Shown: piece by piece, positions 38,586 to 46,427 of the stretch | Position numbering within the stretch: the stretch's first letter is position 1 | Layout: every line of letters starts with the position of its first letter | Origin: an uncultured Candidatus Entotheonella sp. | GTDB lineage: Bacteria > Tectomicrobia > Entotheonellia > Entotheonellales > Entotheonellaceae | Direction: 5' to 3' | Assembly (NCBI GenBank): GCA_965217185.1 | Contig: OZ244252.1 | Location: 2,976,001 to 3,040,000, forward strand | DNA: 64,000 nt | Position numbers and translations under genes: made by a program | The notes under the pieces: generated by a model | Database searches by the model: none | Seen by the model: only the letters and a program-made list of their open reading frames with translations | What the model was told of the DNA's origin: nothing

Positions 38586-41526
38586 GTGCCGCACCAGACC
38601 GAGCCGAACGCCAACGCCGCCCTGGGCTCCCTGCTTCAGCACAGGCTGCCCGGCTCCCAGGTGCGCTCCGAGAACACGCAGGTCATCGCCGGGCACGCCG
38701 GACAGCAGCCCGACATCCTGATCACCACCCCCGGCCATTCGCCCGTCGTCGTGGAAGCGGAATACCTCCCGGCTTATACGGCGGAGAACGATGCCAAGAA
38801 ACGCCTCGGCCTGTCCACGACCGTCGATTCCCGCCCCATGGAGGCCGTCGTCGCCCTGCGCTATCCCGAAGCCGTCAGCCAGGCCGACGACCTGCCCACC
38901 ACCTTGCGGGAAGCCGGGCTTTCCTATTGCATCCTCACGGAGGGCGACGGCGAGCAGCCGGCGCGCCGGTTCCCGGATTCCGGATTCCGGCTGGCTGGAC
39001 GGCTCGGTTGACGATCTCGCCGACCTCATTCGCCTGGCGTCCGTGCCGCAGCGGGCTGTGGACCAAGCCGCGCATGCGTTGGAACAGGGAATCGAAAATG
39101 TCGCCAGGGAACTGGACGCGATGGCCGCCCTGCGCCCGGGCATCAGCGCGGAAATCGCCCGGCTGCTGGGCATGAGCGACCTGCCTCAGACACGCCGCAT
39201 GGCCTGCGCCATCATCATCAACGCCATGACCTTCCACGACCGCATCGCCGGCATGCACCAGCATGTTCGCCCCCTGCGCACGGTGTGCGGCCCGGACGTT
39301 GCCAACCCACAAGCCCGCATCCTGGAAGCCTGGACGCACATCCTTACCATCAACTACTGGCCCATCTTCGCCATCGCCAAAGACCTCGTCGGGCAACTGC
39401 CAACCCATGAAGCAACGGGCATTCTACGCCTGTCGCAGCGCACCGCCGACAACGTCGCCGCCACCGGGGTCACCAACGCCCACGACCTCACCGGGCGCCT
39501 CTTCCAACGCCTCATCGCCGACCGCAAGTACCTGGCGACCTTCTACACCCTGCCTGCCTCCGCCGCCCTGCTGGCCCGTCTCGCCATCGCCAAGCTGGAA
39601 GGCGTGGACTGGCGCCGCGCGGACGCCATCGGCAGCCTGCGCGTCGGCGACTTCGCCTGCGGCACCGGCGCCTTGCTGTCCGCGGTGTACGACCAAATCG
39701 CGGCGCGGCACGAACGCGAAGGCGGCAATCTCGAAGCCCTGCATCCCGTCATCATGGAGGAGGTTCTGTACGGCTGCGACGTCATGCCCGCCGCCATCCA
39801 CATTACCAGTTCCACCCTTTCCGGGGCGCGGCCCAACGTCCGCTACGGCCATTCGCGCCTGTACGTCATGCCCTACGGACGGCAGCAGGACACGTACGTA
39901 CAAGCCAGGGCGGGGGCGTCCGAGGTCAAAATCGGCTCGCTGGAGTTGCTGGAATCCTCCAGCCAGATGGTGCTCATCAACACCACCGATCCGGCCCTGC
40001 GCACCGGCAGCAGCGGCGAGGAGACGTCCGACCAGATCACCGCCGACATCCCCGACGAGTGGTTCGACCTGGTCATCATGAACCCGCCGTTTACCCGGAA
40101 TACGACCCGTGAAGGCGCATACGCCGACACAATCAACGCGGCCTTTGCCGCTTTTGGGGCTAGTGAAGCGGACCAGCGGCAAATGGCAACCCGAATGGCG
40201 ATGCTCAAGGAAAACACCTGCTACCACGGTAACGCTGGCCTCGCTTCTGCCTTCGCTGCATTGGGCGACCGCAAGCTCAAGCCCGGCGGCGTGCTGGCCC
40301 TGGTTCTGCCCCTGTCGGTGGCCTCCGGGCTGTCTTGGCAGCGGTTTCGGGAACTGCTGGCGACCGGCTATACCGACTTGACCGTGTTGAGCCTTGCCGC
40401 CAGCGGCAGGGACATGTCCTTTTCGTCCGATACGGGCATGGCGGAGTGCTTGGTGATCGCCCGCAAGCGCAGGCCGGACGAAGCCCAGGCGCAACGGGCA
40501 ATGTTCGTCTCGCTGCACCGCCGACCGCAGGGGTTTGCTCACGCCAGCGCCATCGCCAAAGGCATCACCGGCTGCGATGCCGTCCGACAGATCGAGGATG
40601 GCCCGTACGACGGCACGCCCTTGATGATCGGCGACGACCCGGGCGGGCGGATCGGCAACCTGTTGACCGTTCCGAATGACGGCAGCGGCGAGAATTGGGG
40701 CGCGGTGCGCCTGCTGGATTATTCCCTTGCCCAGACGGCCTATGCCCTGTCTCATTCCCGACTATGGCTACCTGGCCAATCCACGGCGCTAGAACTGAAA
40801 ACCGATTTTCTGGATGCGGTTGGCAGACTCGGCATGTACCACCTCGACATCACCGGCCCGCCGCTGCGCGGCCCGTTCACCAAAACGACGCCCAGCCCGA
40901 CGGCAACCTACCCGGCGTTGTGGAACCACAACGCAGTGAACGAGACACGAATGGTCTGCACCCCCGATTCCCAACTGCTGGTCAGGCGCGGCATGGAAGC
41001 GAAGGCCGCCGAGGTGTGGGCAACCGCCAGCCGTGCCCATATCAACCTGGATTTTCGCTTCAATTCACAACCCCTGACAGCGGCTATCACCGAGCAACAA
41101 AGCATCGGCGGCAGGGCATGGCCAAACGTGATGTTTACGGATGCCCGCTTCGATTACCTATTCGCTTTGTGGTGCAATTCCACCCTGGGACTGCTGTCCT
41201 ACTGGTGGCACGCCAACAAACAGCAGCCCGGACGGGGAATAACCACCATCAGAGCGGTGGAATCCCTGCCCGTCCTGGACTTCCGAACCCTCAGCGACGC
41301 CCAGCTTCGGACCGCGCAAGCCATCTTTGACGAGTTCCGGGAATTGGGCCTGAAGCCCGCCTACCTCGCGGACGCCGACGCCAACCGCGCCTTGCTGGAC
41401 CGGCGGGTGGTGTGCGACCTGCTGGGATTCGACGAGGATACGTACGGCGCCGTGCGGCGCTTGGCCGCCAAATGGTGCGCCGAGCCGTCGGTGCATGGGG
41501 GGAAGAAACGGCCTGGAACGGGCTGA
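38586..41526 (+). pseudogene. Type IIG-like fused restriction endonuclease-methyltransferase, frameshifted at ~38980
   Basis: N-terminal PD...ExE nuclease-like motif (QPDILI...VVVEAEY) in one frame; motif I DFACGTG, motif IV NPPF and TRD-like region in another; frames join on removing one CCGGATT unit. Confidence 0.8.
38973..38990 (+). repeat. 7-bp tandem repeat (CCGGATT)x2 + CCGG
   Basis: Sequence CCGGATTCCGGATTCCGG lies exactly at the frame switch. Confidence 0.9.
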
Positions 41527-41662
41527 TTTGTGGACTGGCCGTTGACTTTTGACCTGCTTTACCGGGTTCTGAGGTAAGAACCGCAACCCGTCCCAGTTCA
41601 GGACTTGATATATCTACATGAGCAATCGGCTACAGACGAGTTTCGATCGTTGCCTAAAACTG

Positions 41663-43135
41663 CTAAAAAGACTCAATCCGCCGTGATGGAATAGACGAAA
41701 TTATCCTCTTACCACCGCCCTCCTTTGCTTCCCTTCGTAAAACTTCTTCTCGGTGCATGGCAAGCGAAACATAGATCAGCGCCTCGCGTGCTATTTTCAA
41801 AAGGTGTAGCGCTTTACCCCGAAAGCCTTCAATTGACATCAGCCGATGTGTTTCGGTGCTCTCTCCGTGTTCAGATCGTTGCAAACTGAGGAAACGGTGT
41901 TCGACCTGGTGCCGCAATTGAGCGAGGTCGGCGGCGTCCGGTTCTGCAACTTCCATGAAGGCTTCGTCGAACAAATCCTTTGACAAAAAATACAAGCCTC
42001 GCAGCGGCCAATTAGGATGGCCTTTGAACATCGCTCGAATCTCGGACTTGCTTGGTTCGTGCCATACGTTACGAAAGTTGACTTTCCTTGGTTTGAGTCC
42101 GACCTGAAAATAATCGTTCAGGAACAGACCGATTTTATCGAATATGGCGTAGGAAGAACGGAAAGCGGAGCGTAGGTCTTCGGTATAGTGGCCCAAGAGA
42201 TGGCCTTCGCCGCTGTCAAGCATGAGCACGTCACGCATTAAAAACTCGGGGTCGCCTTCATGCGTCGCGCGGTACAGTCGATACCGAGCGCTGACGTATT
42301 CCTGTTTCATCAGGTTGTAGTACAAAGGAAACCGCGGCGCCTCCCCAATCCTGTATGTGTGGCTGGGCAGGTGTAACACGTCACTCGCAGCCACACTGTA
42401 TGCATATGCCTCATTGAGCGGGTTCAGAAACAGCCGCTCACACAAGCACCAACGGCGGTACGAACGCTCTTCCTCGGTAGCGCCGAGCGACCACTGGTTC
42501 AGATCGCGCTCTTCGTCATAGTGACTACGCAGAAGATAGTTGGCAATCTGTGTGCGTTTTTCCATCAGGTCAGGCGCGACGGGGTCGCGATCCCCGCTTT
42601 CCCAAAAAGCGTCGTCATCAAGTGCTGAGTCAAAAAGAGAGCGTGCAGCCGCCAATAAAATGGATGTGTGGCTGTGGTCGTAAAGTATTCCTGCATAGAA
42701 CCCAATCGCCTCGGCCTGAGAAGCAAGCGCTTTGGCAAAGCGAGGCTCGGTCTCCAACACCTTCAGCCATTCCTCATTAGCTGCGATAGGACGCCCCAAG
42801 TTATTCAGGCGATTGGCGAGGTTAGTGCGTATCTGGCAAGTGATGATTGGATCAAGAACTTCAAAGGCCGGTTCGCTGATTGCCTGCCGAAGTAATAGGA
42901 TATTCTGAATACCGTCCGGTTGCTCCCAGCTCCAAATGTAGTCGGCGTCATTCTGTTTGGCCGAAATGATCGCACTATATGTATTGGACTGGTAATAGCG
43001 GAGACGGACTCGGTCCACGCCTTCGGCGGTGCCCAGTCGGCTTTCACATTCTCCGGCAAGTTGGCGTAGTGATGCTTCGTCACCTGCATCTGAAGCAGCG
43101 TCGATTGCATGGGCAAGATCATCAAGTGTTTGCAT
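41663..43135 (-). CDS. TPR-like + LA2681-family HEPN domain protein
   Basis: N-terminal helical repeats; LFLNPLN, YNLMKQEYVSARY, FDKIG, NWPLRGLY, HEPN R-x4-H motif RHQVEH; lower GC; start uncertain. Confidence 0.75.
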   Translation of the reverse strand: MQTLDDLAHAIDAASDAGDEASLRQLAGECESRLGTAEGVDRVRLRYYQSNTYSAIISAKQNDADYIWSWEQPDGIQNILLLRQAISEPAFEVLDPIITCQIRTNLANRLNNLGRPIAANEEWLKVLETEPRFAKALASQAEAIGFYAGILYDHSHTSILLAAARSLFDSALDDDAFWESGDRDPVAPDLMEKRTQIANYLLRSHYDEERDLNQWSLGATEEERSYRRWCLCERLFLNPLNEAYAYSVAASDVLHLPSHTYRIGEAPRFPLYYNLMKQEYVSARYRLYRATHEGDPEFLMRDVLMLDSGEGHLLGHYTEDLRSAFRSSYAIFDKIGLFLNDYFQVGLKPRKVNFRNVWHEPSKSEIRAMFKGHPNWPLRGLYFLSKDLFDEAFMEVAEPDAADLAQLRHQVEHRFLSLQRSEHGESTETHRLMSIEGFRGKALHLLKIAREALIYVSLAMHREEVLRREAKEGGGKRIISSIPSRRIESF

Positions 43136-43159
43136 CAGTGGGCTTTCAGGATGCATTGA

Positions 43160-43295
43160 TGTCTGCGTGAGTTTTACTTGCTTCCGAACCGGCCGCGGCG
43201 TCATGGGGGTGTGGCGGATAGCGGGGCCATCCCCCCTTGCACATGGGCGGCGGCTTCGCCGAGAAACTGGAGCAGGTCGTCGCCAAAGGGCTCAT
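43160..43295 (-). pseudogene. Degenerate, truncated copy of the HTH antitoxin gene at 44213-44521
   Basis: Clear nucleotide similarity to ~44390-44521; encodes HTPMTPRPVRKQVKLTQ versus HTPVTPRAVRKQVNLTQ; contains indels. Confidence 0.8.
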
Positions 43296-43474
43296 TTCAT
43301 CTCTTTCCGGGTGGCCTCTCTTCTCCGACGAGGTGGCAAGCTGATGCAGGGTCGGCCGCTTGCCCGCTCTTGCATCTTGAGGTCCTTCACGATCAAGTCC
43401 AAGTCGTATTTGAACCGCGCCGCATGCTCATGCCTGATTCGCCGCACTTCTGCGACGATAGGATCGTCCTTCAT
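43292..43474 (-). CDS. Small putative antitoxin downstream of the PIN gene
   Basis: DPIVAEVRRIRHEHAARFKYDL; 4-bp ATGA overlap with the PIN gene stop; tail ATRKEMK matches the HigB tail. Confidence 0.65.
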   Translation of the reverse strand: MKDDPIVAEVRRIRHEHAARFKYDLDLIVKDLKMQERASGRPCISLPPRRRREATRKEMK

Positions 43475-44087
43475 ACGTCTTCCTCCAAAAGTTCTTCCGG
43501 CGTACAGATGATCGCCGGTTCGTACCCTTCAGACCGACAGAATGCCTCGATACGCGACCTGACGGCAGCACCGGCCAAGTGGTGATAGTTCCACGTTACC
43601 AGATACTTACAGCCATTGACCACGGCGACGGCAACGTGTAAAGCATCCTCAAGGGAAGTCTCGGGAAGGACGCTATTCCCTATCAAGGCACGCGCCAAGG
43701 TCGTCGCCTCCGGGGTGATCTCAAGCAACTCCACTTCCTGCAAAATGTCCAGCCTGCGCTGCGCTGCTTGCCTATCGCCTCTGCCTGCCTCTTGGAGTAC
43801 AAGGTGCGAGGCGACAACTCTGAAATCCTGCTTTCTATCCTCCCACCATTCCTGGGTTGATTGCTGATGCCCCGCTACGACGACATCGCGACTCGGCTTC
43901 GCTGTAAGGTAACTTACCACTGTCGTCTCCAGATATACGACGGGACGACTAGTACCTCGTCAACGTGATATGCACGGATGCCGAAAACCGTCCATGTGCA
44001 CCCCTGCCTCGCGAGGCAGGGGTGCACATGGCATGGTCCTTCCCCCACTTTTCAGATTGACTAGGTACTAGCTGGCTCTCTGTTCAC
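43471..44087 (-). pseudogene. PIN/VapC toxin gene interrupted by a MITE
   Basis: Removing the insertion restores GGAGG-8nt-GTG and MNREPASRPVVYLETTVVSYL...EDALH...LVTWN. Confidence 0.85.
43949..44071. mobile_element. MITE, 115 bp, with CTAG target duplication
   Basis: CTAG-TACCTCGTCAA ... TTGACTAGGTA-CTAG (10/11 inverted-repeat match); internal perfect 40-bp palindrome 43992-44031; no transposase. Confidence 0.85.
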
Positions 44088-44212
44088 GGTACTCGCCTCC
44101 GACCTCTGAGGAAGGTCTGAACAAGCCGCTAAAGCCGCGCATACGTTACCTGCTGAAGAGGTGCAGGGGAGGTTGGCAGGGTAAGGGGCGGTCTGCGGGC
44201 GCCAGATGACGC

Positions 44213-44521
44213 TTATTTTGGAACGGGAGCCGACACCTGCTCCGGGGACAGCAACGCGCGCTTGACCGCTTCCGGTTCCCTTGCGATCACGTGTAGGAGC
44301 GATACGGCCGGGCCGTTGACCCGCCGCGTTCCCTGCTCCCATTTCCGGTAGCCGGAGAGACTCATGCCCATCAGCGATGCCATCTGTGCCTGCGTGAGAT
44401 TGACTTGTTTCCGAACCGCGCGTGGCGTCACGGGGGTGTGAAGAATGGCGGGGCCGTTTCCCTTTGCGTGCGCAATGGCCTCACCAAGGGACTGGATCAG
44501 ATCCTCACCAAACGTGCTCAT
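44213..44521 (-). CDS. higA: XRE-HTH antitoxin (HigA-like)
   Basis: FGEDLIQSLGEA, LTQAQMA, YRKWEQG.R; overlaps the toxin stop. Confidence 0.8.
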   Translation of the reverse strand: MSTFGEDLIQSLGEAIAHAKGNGPAILHTPVTPRAVRKQVNLTQAQMASLMGMSLSGYRKWEQGTRRVNGPAVSLLHVIAREPEAVKRALLSPEQVSAPVPK

Positions 44522-44856
44522 TGCATCTCCTTCCGGGTGGCCTTGAGTGCGGTCACAAGTGCTGAAACCGCACGCCTTTCATCCGCTGTCATATCGGTCT
44601 TCGCAGCCTTCGCATAGGCAAGCAGCGCGTAGATAGGCAGTGTTTCATCCAGATAATAGTAAATCACCCGTGCGCCGCCACGCTTACCGCGCCCTGTGGC
44701 TGCAAAGCGCAGCTTCCGAACGCCACCTGTGCCGCGTATTTCATCGCCCGCCAATGGATTTTGCGCCAGGAAGGCGATCAATTCCCGCTTTTCGTCCTCG
44801 TTGAAGATTTTGTCGGCTTGACGGGAGAATGTCGGAGTTTCGGCCACTGTCTGCAT
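44518..44856 (-). CDS. higB: RelE/HigB-family toxin
   Basis: NPLAGDEIRGTGGVRKLR, GKRGGARVIYY, YAK; toxin-first gene order. Confidence 0.85.
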   Translation of the reverse strand: MQTVAETPTFSRQADKIFNEDEKRELIAFLAQNPLAGDEIRGTGGVRKLRFAATGRGKRGGARVIYYYLDETLPIYALLAYAKAAKTDMTADERRAVSALVTALKATRKEMQ

Positions 44857-44862
44857 GAACAA

Positions 44863-44891
44863 TATATACCCCATTGGGGTAGTTGAGACAA
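44863..44891 (-). promoter_or_regulatory. higBA promoter with a palindromic operator
   Basis: Minus strand TTGTCT-17nt-TATATA-6nt-ATG; palindrome TACCCCA-T-TGGGGTA at 44867-44881. Confidence 0.65.
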
Positions 44892-45001
44892 TCCCAATAT
44901 ATCCCCGACCTCAACAAGACCGTTTTTGCCATGTCGTTGCAATCCTGTTTGTCAGCCAAGACGGTCAAGAAGACACGCAAGGCGATGATCAAGCTCTCGA
45001 C

Positions 45002-45631
45002 TTACTGAAGAGCCCGGAGTTGCACAACCTCAGCCAGTTCATGATCGGCCGTCCTGCCCGTCGCTTGCAGGCCGTCTATGAGACCGAGGATGTCACCACG
45101 AGGGCGGTTCTGTCCGAGCTTTGCCTTGCCCTCAATCCGCAAGATGGGCATTTCAAAACACACAACTGCCTTCATCAGCGCCGAAAAGGTATCCCGCGAG
45201 AGCTTTTCGGGTTGCCAGGATTCCGGCCCCGATCCTTCTTGGTAGCGGATAAGCTCTCTCAGATGAGCCTCTATGCTTTCGGTCCCTTGCAGGATGCGCG
45301 GCATGCCGAAGGCGTGCACCACCACGTAGTTCCAGGTGGGAACGGCTTCCACGGTGCTATACCACCGTGGAGAAATGTAGGCGTGAGGCCCGTGGAAGAT
45401 GGCCAGGCTTTCCCGAGACGTGTTGAACGCTCTCCAGTGCCCATTTGCTTTTGCCATGTGGCCGGCCAACACGCCAAATTGACCGGCGTCGCGTTTGAGC
45501 AACAGAGGGAGATGCGTGACCTGCAATTCGCCCTCCGTATCAGGCGTGATGAGGGTTGCGAAGTTCCATCGTTCCATATCGGCATGCATGGTTTGCAGGT
45601 CGGAGACCTTGAAGCTTTCCGGGGTGTACAT
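45002..45631 (-). CDS. FMN-binding PaiB family protein
   Basis: MYTP..F, THLP, GHMAKAN, GPHAYISPRWY, VPTWNY, KLGQN. Confidence 0.9.
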   Translation of the reverse strand: MYTPESFKVSDLQTMHADMERWNFATLITPDTEGELQVTHLPLLLKRDAGQFGVLAGHMAKANGHWRAFNTSRESLAIFHGPHAYISPRWYSTVEAVPTWNYVVVHAFGMPRILQGTESIEAHLRELIRYQEGSGPESWQPEKLSRDTFSALMKAVVCFEMPILRIEGKAKLGQNRPRGDILGLIDGLQATGRTADHELAEVVQLRALQ

Positions 45632-45878
45632 AGCCTTTATCTCCTAACTCGGGCTTTTGAGAGAGGGCGGGATAGCTTGGCAGTATACCTCGCCGTTTCA
45701 GCACCGCATCCGCACGTGCGAGCATGTAAAAAATGAGACGGGAATTCTGGTATGGGACTATCGTCGTCGGCAGGGCAGGGGCAAAGACGCGAAGCGTGGT
45801 CGGAAGGACGATCGACGGCCTTGTGGGGTGAAAAGAGGGTTGACCGGGGCAAAATCCCAGCAGGCATCAATAGACTTC

Positions 45879-45923
45879 TTGACACTGCCATGTTTGCATA
45901 ATAACTTGAGAATCCCATATCAA
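45879..45923 (+). promoter_or_regulatory. Putative promoter and possible Fur-family box of the metal uptake operon
   Basis: TTGACA-17nt-TAACTT, overlapped and followed by the imperfect inverted repeat TTGAGAATCCCATATCAA. Confidence 0.45.
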
Positions 45924-45946
45924 ATGAAGCAGTGGAATTCCGTATT

Positions 45947-46240
45947 ATGAATAAGCTGAATCCCGCATCTCTCATACGCATTGTTGCGCTGCTGAGCGTG
46001 CTTGTCGTGCTTGGCATCGGCGCCGCCACAGCCGGTCATCTTCACGGCGAAGACGGCGATGTGCGGCACGATTGCGCCTTATGCGCGGCCGGCTCCCTGG
46101 GCCCGTTCGTTGACGTCCAACCCGCGCCGTCGTCCTCTCCGACGGCCGCGCTATCCTATCCGCCAGACCCGCAAGGCCCGCCGCTTTACGCGCTTTACCG
46201 CGCTCACCTCCTATCGCGTGCTCCACCTGTTCTTGCCTGA
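45947..46240 (+). CDS. DUF2946-like (CruR/CutF-like) leader protein with RAPP arrest motif
   Basis: Hydrophobic signal/TM segment, HLH...HDCALC, Pro-rich linker, C-terminal SRAPP. Confidence 0.8.
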   Translation: MNKLNPASLIRIVALLSVLVVLGIGAATAGHLHGEDGDVRHDCALCAAGSLGPFVDVQPAPSSSPTAALSYPPDPQGPPLYALYRAHLLSRAPPVLA

Positions 46241-46427
46241 TTCACGGTCGTGCCGCCCATCATGGCGTCGGCGCGCCGTTAGATTCTGTTCGCGACCGCG
46301 TCATTTGTCCGTCTCCTGGCTTGCAGGTAACACCGAATGCCCAGGTGCAGGCGGCAGCCGTCATGGCCGACCGGTCTTCCAGTCCGCTTTCCGGCGGACA
46401 GGCATCTGAACGAGAAGAAAGCACACA

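Noticed and set aside
38791..38990. N-terminus of the 911-aa ORF as called in the ORF track
   Set aside because: Out-of-frame translation; the real N-terminus is in the 38556/38586 frame before the 7-bp duplication.
43953..44200. Possible HEARO/omega-RNA (GTCAAC ... TTGAC pairing with a hairpin)
   Set aside because: Better explained as MITE terminal repeats with a CTAG duplication; no IscB/TnpB nearby, and the flank encodes the PIN gene start.
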